From the NCBI RefSeq assembly GCF_037042905.1, contig NC_087250.1:21888001-21952000 (forward strand): DNA of 64,000 bases, in the 5' to 3' direction. A program made the position numbers and the translations under genes. The DNA is from Lytechinus pictus. Its lineage: Eukaryota. The notes under the pieces are model-generated. The model searched no databases. It was not told the origin of the DNA and worked only from the letters and a program-made list of their open reading frames with translations. Of the stretch, positions 26,622 to 40,300 are shown piece by piece. The stretch's first letter is position 1; each line of letters begins with the position of its first letter.

Positions 26622-27675
26622 AGGGGCGTTCCACAGTAATTATTGTGCTCTTCATGATCTGCGAATACTTTGTGTTATGTGCTTTGACGTCACAATGGAT
26701 GAACAGATTATTGATAAGCTAAAGGTATCAGTTCATTTTTCCCGTGATCTGCATTCTAATGTTTATTTTATGAAGTTGATTTAATAGCTGAAAATAATTA
26801 ATGAATCCATTTTTAAGTACCTCTTCAATTTTAGAAAACTGTACTCTGCGTTGCTGCAAAGTATGAATAATGTGATACAGATTAAAAGCATTTGGTGATT
26901 CTAAAACAACATTCGCTCAAACAAAAGTACAATTTTTTAGCACGTGAATTCCTTCTATATTTTTAATGTTTAAACTTCTTTTAAGTATATCTTTTTCTAC
27001 AACTTTGCAAATTCAGATGAACTTAATGACTTTGGTTCTGAAAAAAGTGCAGCATTTATTGTACTTCTCAAATTTGTTATATATATTGTCAAACTTTTGA
27101 TATACTGTGATCCTTTGACACCATTTTTAATAATTGAATGTGCAGCTAGTCTGGTATACTGTAAACAAAAAATTGGGTAAAATTTTTACCACCACGAGGG
27201 TAATTATTTGTCCAAGGAATTTTGGGCAGTATTTTATCCAATGCAGGAAGCATATTGTCCAGTAAGGTTAAAAAGATAAGCAACAATTTAGAATGTGCAA
27301 AGTTTTCATCACACTGGATGAACAAAAATGCCCAATGTTGGTTGGACACATAATTACCCTCATGGAGCACTTTTACCCAATATCTTTTAGAGTGTAAACG
27401 AATAGCAATATGAATGAATTATCAATGTTAAGTATACAATTCTGAACTATGCTGTGAAATTTAAAAGAAATTTACAATGGTTTTAATTGAGCAATGCAGG
27501 TTTACACTGAACGTATTAATCTTATGAGGTCCGCAAATGCCCAATTCTTTGGAATTCGTAACCCTCGAGAACTTCAAAGCCCGAACTAGCAAAGAAATCT
27601 AGCACATGAATATCTAGGTGCTAAAGTAATTCTGTGCAAAATTTCTCGCTGGATTTCGGTTTGACTGTCGAACGT
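26622..27675. mobile_element. Diverged copy of the TTAA-flanked element at 47973, with a nested CAC..GTG MITE (about 27157-27394)
   Basis: gttccacagt..tgacgtcacaatggatgaacag and further collinear blocks are shared with 47973-48906. Confidence 0.7.
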
Positions 27676-27916
27676 GGGAAATGGGTAGGTGCATGTAATA
27701 TAGCCATTCAGTTACCATGGATACCAGTGGCGTAGACAGGTTCGTACACCTGGGGGGGATGACTGGGCTGCCAACGCTAGTGAGGGCGCGAAGCGCCCGA
27801 GTGAGGGAGCGAAGCGACCGAGCAGGGGGAGGGTGTGGGAGGGGGGTGTCCCCCCTCCCACGGTAGGGAGCTTTTGCAATTTTGAACTTGAAATCGTGCA
27901 ATCTGATGCATACTTA

Positions 27917-28367
27917 TACCGTGTTTACACTTAATCGGCAATTGGTTCTGAACCAAAGGCCGATGCAGAATCGGCATTTAGATTGCGTTTACACGTTGTT
28001 ACAGCTCGCGGTTCAGAACCGCGAGCCGATGCAAAAACTTGAAATGATACGCATACCTACAATATACGTCAAAATAAAGACAACGCTGGATCAGTGCGCT
28101 TACAATTACGTCACAATGGTAAAGTAATTGAAATGCGCACAAATTGCCGGTGCAGAATCGGCTTTCTGTTTACACGTAGTAAAAAAGCCGATTCTGCATC
28201 GGCTCGCGGTTCAGAACCTACTACTTTGGTGGTGCAAATTGCCGGTTCTGAACCGCGAGCCGATTCAAGTTGCTCGCGTTTACACGCTATGAAAAAGCCG
28301 ATGCTGAATCGGCTCGCGGTTCAGAACCGCGAGCCGATTCAAATGCCGATTAAGTGTAAACACGGTA
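27917..28367. mobile_element. Harbinger-like MITE nested in the hAT element
   Basis: TIR taccgtgtttacacttaatcggca / tgccgattaagtgtaaacacggta; internal palindromic ggttcagaacc repeats. Confidence 0.75.
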
Positions 28368-28582
28368 AAAATGAGGTAAACTAACACACACAAGCGCGCA
28401 CGCACACACACACATACTCACCCTCACACACACACAAACACACTCACACACACGGGTGCGCGCACCACACACATATTACGCCTTGAATGGACAGACATAC
28501 ATCGACAAGATCTACACACCGTGGCATACGAATACAGAATGGACTGACACATAGTATTGCATATTGAACCACACTATGTATT

Positions 28583-29456
28583 TTGTCCTGTGTCCCATCA
28601 ACCATTACTACGAACGGTCCATCTTTCGCAATCTGTGCCGCAAGTGTTCTAACTATGTCTGCACCGAACATCTGGATCATCTCTTCTTGGGCCTGTGGAG
28701 ATGTGAAGCTGATTGACCGCTTGAGATATCTGTCAAGTTCTTCATCATCATCGCGGAAGACGTTTAGCAACTGTTGGAAGTTTCCTTCCTCAGCTGTGTG
28801 GCCTCTAAATGACAGACCCTGTCGCAGAAGGAATCGCAAGCTCTTGAAGACCTTCATCAGTGCTCGTTGGGCTGTTTCCTGCTGTTGACGGCGGTTGGCG
28901 TCCATTTTGACATCGATTTTAGCCTCAGGTTTCAAGGAAATCGCTGCCTTTGCGACTCTGTGACAATTTGAAGCCTGGTGGCTCTCAAATCTGGGTGATA
29001 TGCCTTTTTCCAGTTACAAAAGCCGACTGAAACAAATGCTGGTTCTTTGTTCTTGGCCAATTTCAAGAGTCCGCGTTTTTCTGCCTGTGCACAGTAGAAA
29101 CACAGTACCCGTTTCAGGGAGGGTTCGTAATGGATCCAGGGGTAGCTTTGGTACCATTTGGCTTGAAACATAATTTTCTGCGTTTTAGTTTCTACTACGG
29201 GAATGGAAGAAGTAGGGGGGTGATTGGGGCTAACCCAGTCGTCAAAACCGGCATCAGCTTCATCATCATCTTTCGCCTCAGATGCTCCATCACCCTCAAC
29301 GGCACTTTCTTCTGGTTGAACTTCAGGAAGAACAGGCCTATCTCCGACATCATCCGATTTTGATGTAGACGGCTGTTCGTCATCATGTTCTTCTTTCTCA
29401 TTGTGCTTGAAAAAAGAAGTGATCTTTGATGTTTTCAACTTCTTATTATGAGCCAT
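28583..29456 (-). pseudogene. Frameshifted, truncated hAT transposase (TTF-type Zn finger plus DUF4371-like region)
   Basis: FQAKWYQSYPWIHY..LCFYC..GFCNWKK, then after a frameshift FLLRQGLSFRGH..EGNF..TSPQAQEEMI..VMVDGTQD; similarity stops at the first catalytic Asp. Confidence 0.88.
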
Positions 29457-29684
29457 CCTAGAATCCTAAAATCAATTCACGCTGTGAATTATGTAAGTGA
29501 CACACTCACATATATTTCCCCCTTAAAAAGTTAAGGAAGACAAGGCCTCCTGCTGAGCGGACTCACCACGTGTTTTTGTTTTCTAGCTAACTGCCTTAGC
29601 GCGTCCCTTCTTTCCCCGCACGTAATGCGCACATAACACGGCGTACGCTCGTAATCCGCATCCCTGATTTTCAATAGCTTCTTT

Positions 29685-30523
29685 CACACGTTAAAAGCCA
29701 ATCTTGTGGTTATCTTGTGGTTTGCAATCTTAAGGCCACCGCACACCTTACGACCCGACTGGTCGGCGACTGGCTTGCGACTGAGAGAGGGGAGATGAAT
29801 CGCAAGGCAGTCATAAGTCTCGACACCGCACACCTTGCGATCAGGGGAGTATTTCATCAACATTTTCATCCGACAAGTTGTCAGATCTGACATCTTTCTC
29901 TGATGTTGATTGGCTGAGAGGTACTGTTACTATGGTAACTGTCGAATAAAATGGGACTTGTCGGATAAAACGTCCGACAAGTCCTTTCATGAAACGCTCC
30001 CCCGATCTGCGACTCACGCATGCGCTTTTTGGCATTGCAACTGAGAAAGTGCGCTTACTACTGCGTATGCGCGTTGTTTATCATAATACGCATCGTGCAA
30101 CTCTGCTGTGTGATTGACTGGAAGCTGGATTGAGCTTGCGATCAAGATCAAGTCATAAGGATTCGACATGTCAAATCCTTCCGATTTTCCTTGCGACTTG
30201 TCTCTGACCGGTCTGCGACTCGAAGCTGACAAGAGCTGTGAAGTCACATCTCCCCTCACCCAGTCGCAAGCCAGTCGGCGACTGGTCGGGTCGTAAGATG
30301 TGCGGTGGCCTTTAGAGGTATCTTGTGGTTATCTTGTGGTTTGCCCCATTTGAACACGCAAAACTCGTGGTTATCTTGTGGTTTCCACACCACGAGATTG
30401 CGCGCACTGCAAAATATGCGCGATTAATCTTGTGGTTATCTTGTGGTTTCCAAACCACAAGATAACCACAAAATACTTGTAAGATTTTCTTTTTTTACCG
30501 TCTGAATTGGCTTTCACCGTGTG
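29685..30523. mobile_element. CAC..GTG element with (ATCTTGTGGTT) subterminal repeats, nested in the hAT element
   Basis: TIR cacacgttaaaagccaat / attggctttcaccgtgtg. Confidence 0.65.
29733..30311. mobile_element. Harbinger-type MITE with TTA TSD, containing a further MITE at about 29844-30002
   Basis: TIR aggccaccgcacaccttacgacccgac / gtcgggtcgtaagatgtgcggtggcct; tta on both sides. Confidence 0.82.
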
Positions 30524-31177
30524 AATGCGGCTAATAACAATAAACACAATTACAATAATGATGAGGATTATTATTATCATCATCATAACTATTATTATTA
30601 TTAATATTATAATTGTTATCATTATTATTATTACTATTATTATCATCATTATGACTTATTAAGTAACCAAATATCATTCCCCAAAACCTGGGGGGGATGA
30701 TTGTACATGCCATCCCCTCCACCTTGTGAGGTGGGGGGGATGCATCCCCCTCATCCCCCCCCCCCCCCCCGTTGTCTACGCCCCTGATGGATACTGACAT
30801 TGTACTGGAACACGGTACCATTACATAAACAATGAACACGATTTCAGACTTAAATCAAGTTTGATCTCGAATCCCAACTCTTAATTTCTTGATTTCAGAT
30901 GAATTTCCATTGGAGTTTGATCCAACCCTTTTGGGATATGGGTTCAATCTACGTATATTAGACAGTTAGAAATTAATTTGAGTTTGAGACTAATCTGAAT
31001 CTTATGGATATATCAGAGTTTGAATTTAATCTGAAAATTTGAGATGAATCTGAGTTTAATTATAATCTACACATTGGAGATGAATTTGACTTTTATCTAA
31101 TTCTTCGAGATGAATTTCACTTTAATTTTGCTCTGAATCTATTAGAACTCTTTGTAAGACAGAGCCAAGGTCTCAAG

Positions 31178-31382
31178 ATGGACATGACAAACCAGGGCTT
31201 GAGGACGTCCATCCTCCGGACTGTCCCCGTGGTGCTCCTCATCTTCCTGATGGCATGCGCTCAAGTTGGTACTGTTAAATCTATCGGGATCTACCTCAAA
31301 GACATCTCATACAGTCTGGGGACCACCTCCACGGACATCGGATTTGCGCTTGGTCTTTTTGCCGCCTTTAGCTACTTCCCAG
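31178..31382 (+). CDS. SLC16-like exon 1 (MDMTNQG...FSYFP)
   Basis: ATG at 31178, two hydrophobic segments, ccag|gtggg donor. Confidence 0.82.
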
Positions 31383-34300
31383 GTGGGTATAGGGGTCTGT
31401 GTTCATTTGATCCCATGCCAATTTGTCAAATTGCCAACTCGTCTAATATCATTTTGTTTACCATCAGTTCGTCCACTATTCACATGGTCTAATAGCCAAT
31501 TCACCCACTCACCATTTCGTCTAATAAGCAGTTGGTCCAATAGCAATTTAGTCCATATACCGTTTGGTCTAATTGGATTATGTGTTAATTGGACAAAATG
31601 AATGAAAATGAAATTGATATTAAACGAACTGGATATGAGAAGAAATGGCCATAGACGATCTAGTCATTAGACGAAGTGATGATTGGACCAAATGGTTGAT
31701 TAGTAATGATAATAATGCGACTTATAAATTCACTCTGTAGAGTGCTCAAGGCGCATAAAGAGCTAAGAGTTCTGATATAAAAGTTTTGAGAAAATGTTTA
31801 AGTCTCGACAGTGGTACATTTTTTATGTCTTGACTATTCTTCCTAATTCTTAGTAAAGTACATTGTAAATCTTGTTTTCTCATCACTCACTTGTCTGACT
31901 GGCTTCCAATGGGGGCTGGTGCCCTAACATGCTAGAACTCCCGAATGTTCTGTGAGTACTGAGCTGACCAGACTTGCCCTCTAACTTGTCGGTGAACGGA
32001 GCAGCAAGTTGGAGGTCACCAGCCCCAACAGGACGTAGCTGGGAATTCCGGTGGGTGATGCAAAACTGTTCTTTTTTTTATTATGTAACCGGTTGTATTT
32101 GTTGAGATTTTTTTTTCTTCACTTTGTTTACATTTATATTTGTTTTTGTTTGTATATACATGTATATAAAAAAAAACTGTTGCTGGGCTAGCGCCATGAG
32201 CGTGTCTGGGCGATGTGTGCGCTCAAAAAATATCACAATTACTATTTATGGTGTATTGGCTCAGTCGGTAGAGTCATGAACCTATGAAGGGATGGACTTT
32301 CATCGGTTAGATAATGAATTCACCAGCAGGCGACTCTCATTGTCATCTGAATAGCATTCTCTTCATATTAGGGCCTTTTCACGCGTGAGTCTTGAATCAT
32401 CATTGTAATGATAATTGCAATTCGTCTTTAGAATCATCGGAATTTTACACAAAAAATTCGTACTGTAATTTGAGTGAAACTTAATTGGAATTCATCTCCA
32501 GAGTAGAATTTGAATTCGTGATTGTGATTAGCGTTCGTGGCTCTAGTTTGGTTTCACACGCGCTAAAATTTCGTAATTAGCCTTATTTTTCACTGAAAAC
32601 ATTCCAATTACGATTTTCTTTTTCGAAAGGGCGTAAATGATAGCCCATACCACCTACATGACATACATAAATTTGAATGCCCATTGAACATGTTGAAGAT
32701 TACCATTGAATTTCATAGTGATGTAATGCAATGACTACTCTTCCATTGTATTTTGGCTCAGTTGGTAGAGCCATGGACCTATCAAGAAATTAACATTCAT
32801 CGATTAGATAACGAATTCACTAGCAGGTGATTCTCCAGGGGCAGATCTAGCTTTCGCCAATAGGGGGGGGGGGCGAAAAAACTTTACCCACATTTCCCTG
32901 ATCGGACGCTCAAAAATGATTTTGTTTGTTTCTTTGAAGGGGTAGTCCTATTAAAACAGTCACTTCTTAGCTTCATTTATATAAAACAACAAATATTTAA
33001 CAATACTCATAAGCCATATTTTATTAGTGCGAGCGCGAAGCGCGAGCTATTTCTTTTTGAAATTTCATGTACTTTGTCCTGAAAATCGAACATTCTGTGC
33101 AATGTTTGTGATCCTAAACAAGAAGTATAATAAGATAATTATCGCGAGCATGAAGCACGAGCAGAACTTTTTTATCATTCATTCTGGCCTGATCAAAAAT
33201 GAGCATGCAAGGACTGTTTGCAATTAGCCTTAAAGACAATACACATCAACAATTAAATAATGTGAGCAGGAAGTGCGAGCTGATAATTTGTTACATTTCG
33301 ACCTTTAAAACATGGACATTCTAAGAATTTGTGTAATTTTCAAAGGGATAGGTTATATCCTAGCCATGGCGTGTTTTCCCTCAGCAAGAAATTTATCCAC
33401 ACTGTACTGCACTCGACCCAGGTGAGGTAAATGGGTACTGGCCGGAAGAAATTCCTCCAAAAGCTGTGCGCACCAAAATCGGTAGACTAGCTTAGCCGGG
33501 GTGATACAGGAGCGCCTTGAGCACCTAGCAAGGTGGATACGTGCGCTATACAAATCCTATATTACTATTAGTATTATTTATTATATAACTAAACAATTGA
33601 TGCGAAGCGCAAGCGCAAACAATTGAGATTCAGACCTAAAATGGGACACTCTATTCATGTTTTGTAAATCATGAAAAGAATGGGTAATCGGGTACTTCCT
33701 ACATTAATAATGCGAGCGCGAAGCGCGAAAAATTTTTGTTTTGATATTCTGATATAAAACTGGATAACTTAAGCACGTTTTAAGTAATGAACCAGCTGCA
33801 TGTCTCAACAAACATGCGTGCGCGTGTTTTAGATTTAGACCTAGAATCCGAACATTCTGAAAACATTTTTTATCATGAAAATCAATAATGCGGATGCAAA
33901 GCCCGAGCTGAAAATGAAATGTTTGATATTCCGATCTAAACAAGGATCAAATTAAGCACTATTCCAAGCACTGTGTACAAAAAATTGAAGTGGATGTGGA
34001 TCCCACCTAAAAAATTTGAGCGCGTAGCGCGAGGTGATATAAAAAAAAAATCATTTTTACCTAGGACCAGGACATTTTCTCATTATGAAAATGATGACAA
34101 TCATCCTATTTTTATTCCTTAGGGAGAGATTAAACTTTTCGATATTCCATTCTAATAACGGGGACAATACCTATTTAGTCATTAGTAATTCATGAAAATG
34201 CTATTGTCCTATTATTAATCGAATAAGCCTTATGGATATTAGTATGAATTAGTATAGAGGTATTATATACCTCACCCGGTACAACTCACCAATTGAAATG

Positions 34301-37300
34301 CGAGCGCACAGCTCATAGGCAAATCGAAAGCCGATTTTTTTTTATATAGTTTTTTATTAACAGCAATAAAGGCTTTATAAACTTCAAAATTTAGTGGCTT
34401 ATTTTGAAATTTGCATATATAAATATAATATTTAAGTAAGAGAAACAAAAAAGATAGGAATTTGTCAAACTCAAAACCAAACATTTTTTCAAATATAGAG
34501 ACAGTTTGTAGTTTATCAATTTTCTTAGCAATAGCCTTAATAGCTTCAATCCAAATGGGTTTAACAACAGGGCACTCTATAAACAGATGGACATACGTTT
34601 CAGGGGCAGCTTTACAAAGAGAACAGTTAGGGGAGTCTTTTCTTTTAATTTTATACAAAAAATCATTTAAACCTATTGCTCTGTGAAATAACTTAAAATA
34701 AAAAGAACGAATGCGCATACTAATAGTACATTTGAAATTATTTAGATGAATTTTTTCCCAACCGACCTGACCAGTATCATCAAGGTCTTTCCAAAAAGTC
34801 ATTTGTTTTTCTGAAAGACATGGTTCTAATATAACTCTAAATGCAAATTTAGGGACCTTGTGAGTTTTCAATAGTTGGTTTCTTATTATGTAAAATATCA
34901 TATCTGTGGTCAGGTCGGATGTGACCAACCAATCAGATGGTATATTTTTCAATAGAAAAATTGTATTTCCTCCTATCCTGTTTGCTGATATCATAATCTA
35001 ATACAAGTTCTTCAAAGAGTTTATGGCCAGGATGGGGAGGGTTGAGCAAATCACTAATATAAACTATTCATTTGTCAAGCCAGTCTTGGTACAAAAAATA
35101 ATGCTTTGATTTTGAACAGATATTCTTATTGAACCAAATGCACTGGCAAAAACCTATTGAAGAAAACTTACATTGAATTCAGTTTTAACAAAATATTCTC
35201 TGAATAAATATTATGTATGAAGTGATTCGGCCAATTGACAGGATGTTAATTTATTCAAAATACTGAGAGGAGCATAGGATTTCCATAAAATATCACTTTT
35301 ATCATTAAAATTACTTAAAGTAGACATTTCAATTGATTCCCACAAGCTTTCATAATTATCATCCAGGAGCTTTTTGACCCATGGCATTTTCTGTGCCACA
35401 GAGAAAGCATATGGATCAATCATTTTTAAGCCACCTCCCCTAAAATCATTGCATATAAATTGTCTTCTGACCCTATCACTGCCACCACCCCATATAAATT
35501 TAAACAAAATTGTATTCAATTGTCTAAAAAAAATATTGGGTATTTTGATATACAATACTGAAGAAGTTGTGGCAGCAATATGGTCTTTATGACACAGATC
35601 TTCCCAACTAGAGATAAATTTCTAGCGCGCCAACAGTTTAAAGTACTTTCAATGGATTTAAGTTTCACCTTATGATTAAAATCATATCATTGTTTTGTGT
35701 TCAATGAAAAATGTATACCCAACGTTTTAAAAGAAAATGTATTCCATTTCAAACCATTCTCAGAAAATGGAGCTAAATGTGAACCCTTTTTAGATCCGAT
35801 TCATATTGCTTCTGATTTGGAAATATTGAGTTTACAACCAGAACTTTCAGAAAAATTATCAATTGTTTCAAATAATTATTTAAAGGATTTTTCAGAGCCA
35901 TCAATAAAACATCATCAGCTAGCAAAGAAATTTTCAGTTCAGTAAATATACTTTCAATTGGAATTCCACTGATATTTTTATTTTTTCTTATAGCAAGAGC
36001 CATTGTTTCGATCACTAATAAAAACAAGCAAGGGGAAATGGGACACCCTTGAACAATTCCGCTTTCCATGTTTATCGGGTTAGTCAAAATCTCAAATGTC
36101 CATAATTAGTAACATAGCTTATCCTGGAAGAGTAGAACTTTCATCCATTTAATGAATTTGTCGCTAAAATTAAACTTTTTTAATACATGAAAAAGAAAAT
36201 CATGGGAAACACTATCAAAAGCTTTTTGAATATCCAAAAGGAGATTGCACCTGCAGTTTTGTTAAATTCTGTATTTTCTATTATATCATTAATTAACCTG
36301 ATATTATCCCCAATATTCCTGCCCTTTAGGAATCCGGATTGGTCAGGGTGAATCAAATATGTGAGACATTTGCAAGAGTTTTGGCTAAGATTTTATAATC
36401 TACTGTGAGCAAAGATATAGGTCTAAAATCTTTAAATAGGAAGTGTCCTTATCCTTCTTGGGGATCAAAGTAATAACACCATTTCTTTGAGAGGTCGACA
36501 TTAACCCATTTTGTAAGGAAAAATTGAATGAGTCTAATAGCATATCAGACAGGTCCTTCCAAAATACAATATAAAATTCTGCCGGTAGCCGTCAAGACCT
36601 GGTGATTTATTGTGCTTCATTGATGTCAGTGTATCATATAGTTCCTTTTTAGAAATAGGCTTTTCAAGAAAAATCTTATCGACATCACTTATCTGTGGAA
36701 TTTCAATATATTGCAAAAAATGATTTATTACATTTCTTGATTCATCTAAATTATCAGCATTGCATGGCTTCCTATACAAAGTGTCGTAAAATGAATGAAT
36801 TTCTTTCAATATAGTGGGTTGATTGACAATTATATCATTGTTACTTTTCGTTTTTTAATTTAAAAATACTTTTCTTCTCTCCCATTAGTTTTTCAAGATT
36901 AGAAACATATTTGGAACTCTTTTCTCCTTCTTCAGCCCATCGGGTTCGAGAACGAATAATTAAACCTTGAGTTTCTTCATCTACGATGTCATTTAATGCT
37001 TGCAGTAAAAACTCTTTTTCTTTAAAAAGCTCATCATTGTCTAAATCAATACTTAATTTATTATCTACAGTGCGTCCCACAAAAAACGAAACCGAGATTT
37101 ATCAATGATTTATCATAACATAATCACAAATACAATAGACAAATGACCTACCATTGTAAAGCTTAGAATCTCTTCTTTCATCTGTAATTACTTAGATTAT
37201 TTTTCATTCACGCATGAGTGAGCAAAAGCAATTTGAAGAGGAGATACCAAAAAGTCATTTGGCGGGCTGTATCTGGGTTTAAAAAAGAAAACTACATTTT

Positions 37301-40300
37301 AAAAAAGTTCAATATCTGCTCTTTAATTTGATACCTCTATTACAGAAAATGGTCAAGAAATAACAAAGTTCTGGTAATTTGAAATAAGGCTTGAATTTTA
37401 ATAATTTCATAAAATTAAGAGGTTCTACAGGCTAGCGTTCAAACTCACTTGACACTCCGTTTTGTTGACGATCAGCCATGCATTAAGTCTTTTGTTAACC
37501 ATGTGATAGCTTCTGTGGGGAACCGGTGAAAACACGTTTATTTAATGAAATTATGGAAATACAAGCATTGCTTCGAGGGAACAGAACTTTTTTACTTCTT
37601 GACCATTTTTTGTAATTAAGGTATCAAATAAAAGAGCAGATATTGAACTTTTTAGGCATGTGATTTTCATTTTGAAATTCAGATACGCCCCGCCAAATGA
37701 GTTTTTGGTATCCTTTCTTCAAATTGTTTGTGCTCACTCATGCGTGAATGGGGAATAATCTAAGCAATATCGGATGAAAGAGGAGATTCTAAGCTTTACA
37801 TTTGTAGGCCATTTGTCTATTGTATTTGTGATTAAGTTATGATAAATCATCGCCTAATCTCGGTTTCGTTTTTTTCTGGGACGCACTGTATATCCTCTAT
37901 TTCTTTCAAAAGATTTCTTTTCGCTTAATTATTTTCTTTCTTTTTGCGTGCACAGTATTCTATACGTGTACCCGTAATTGTACATTTAAGAGAGTCCCAT
38001 AACATATTGGGGTTACAATCACATGCAGAATGAATTGATTTAAACTCTTCAATTTTCTCTTTAACACTTTCGATAAAATTTACATCATTGTGCAAGTACT
38101 TGCAATTCAGTTTCCAGAAGCTTGGACCCCTTACTGGTTGAGCGTCTTTACATTTTAGAATAAGAGAATGATCAGATTGAATTCCTGGAACTATTTTAGA
38201 TTGCACACAATTAGTGAAAAAATTATCTGAAACAAGAATGATATCAAGTCTTGATAAAACTTCAGGGGATTTTTGATGCCTCGTATACTGCTTAAGGTTT
38301 TGGTGAAAATTACGCCAGATATCACAAAGATTAAACTCTTCTATCAATAATAATAACATTTCACTTGCTTTGTTGTTTGAATGGGTGACCTTACCCCCTT
38401 GATAGTCCAGAGGCCCTAAAGCCGCATTAAAATCGTCAGCACAAATCATTGAAGTGTAATTAAATTGTTCTACCTTATTAAAAACTTGAAAAAAAAAAGT
38501 CAGGGTCATCATTATTCAGACCCCGAGGGGCACCCCATTTTTGCAGATATTATCAGGTATCACCCATTAGGTTCAGAGTAAAGTGATTCTATTTCAAAGG
38601 ATACATGGTTCCGGATCAAAATGGCTACCCCTCGACAATTTGATGCATAGTTAGAGAACCATGCTTTTTCACCCCATTGCTGTTTCCAAAATATATCATC
38701 TGCTTTTAACGAGTGGGTTTCTTGAAGAAAAATAATGTCACTTTGGATGGATCTTAAATAATGAAACACTTTGCGTCTTTTCACATAATCTTGAATCCCT
38801 CGACAATTAAAAGTACATAATTTTAGATCCATAATTCTAGGGTGGGGCATAATAGTGAAATATTATAACCATTAAACAAGATCTTACAGAATATAGGGAT
38901 AACAGAATTGCATGAAACAAGATGACTGTCAACATACAAATAAACGTTTCATTGGGGGTATAATATCATTTTGAAGCTGCATGAGATCGTAAACTGTGGT
39001 AGAAAGAAAAATTGACATGATTAGAAGAAAAAAAAAAGCAAAAAGATAAAAACAAAAAATTGCAAAGCTAACAAACAAGAGCACGCTGGTGCACAAGATA
39101 TCACAGCTCAGGGCTTCAAATAAAAAAAAAAACAGCCCAAGCCAAAAGTGCAAAAAACAAACGCAAACCATGAATCAAGCCAAAATTCACACCAAAATGT
39201 TCATGAACAGTGAACCATTTGTTTTTCTACAGTTTTGAAACATGAATTAAAAGAAATAGATATTAAATCGGTGCAAAAGTGATGAATTGATGGACCTTAC
39301 CCACAAAACAGAATAAAAAAGTTAAATGATAAATGTTAATAAATTTTTGGAACCTTCTCCTTGTTCCTTCCCTCCCTTAAAAAAAAAATAACAGTACCAA
39401 AATCCACAATGTAGGGATATGGCATACCATAAAAAGGGGTAGACGATCCTCTCATATACATGTATACACTGCCAGGTAACAAATAAATCAACATTTAAAC
39501 AACACTGTAACATATCCAATGCATACCATTCATGTTGCAGTTACAATATACCTTGTCTTAGATACATGTAACACATTTCCATTGATCAGTTTGTTTTTAT
39601 GACCCCCTAATAAAAACTAAACAAGAACAATATAATCTAATCCACAATGTAGGGATATGGCGTACCATAAAAAAGGGGTAGAATAGCAAAATCCCCAAAG
39701 TAGGGATATTTCATAAATAAAAAGGGTTGAAAAATCCTCTCATACACTGCCAGGTACACTGTAACAAATAAATAACCGTTTAAGCAACACTGCAACAAAT
39801 GCATACACGAAAACTGAGGTGAACGATACGTTATATGATTTGATATCTCCCCTGGGAGGTCTGCGATCTACCTCTCTCTCGTAATATCTTTAACTGACTT
39901 TTTACACCTTAATTTAATTGAAAACATTCCATACCCCCATTCTTTTACGCCTGTTTTTCACTTTTTTTAGTGATTTGTTAATAGTTGATTACCATATTTG
40001 TCTGAAACCCTATGTTAGTTTACTAATGTAATTTACTAATATATATTCTTTAAAAAGTAGCTGCAATTTCCCTATTTATTGCATCTTCTGTTATACCTTT
40101 CGTTTCAGTATACTTTTGTATACTTTGAATTTTGTCTTTCCCTGAACATATCCAGTTTATCATATTAATGTTATGACTATACAATACCCTTGTGTTTCTT
40201 GTGATAAACCAGTTAAAAATAATCAAAGAGGACTACAATGTACACATTGTCTTGTTTGGATGCACTCGTCGTGCGCGGGAGTTAAAAATGAGCTATATGA

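Larger units (their letters stand above)
27725..30786 (-). mobile_element. Internally deleted hAT DNA transposon (Tip100/Zaphod, ZMYM1-like transposase)
   Basis: TIR cagtggcgtagaca / tgtctacgcccctg; perfect 8-bp TSD atggatac at 27717-27724 and 30787-30794; contains a transposase remnant. Confidence 0.92.

Noticed and set aside
28444..29456. Domesticated ZMYM1-like host gene
   Set aside because: Frameshifted, truncated at the first catalytic Asp, and enclosed by TIRs with an 8-bp TSD.
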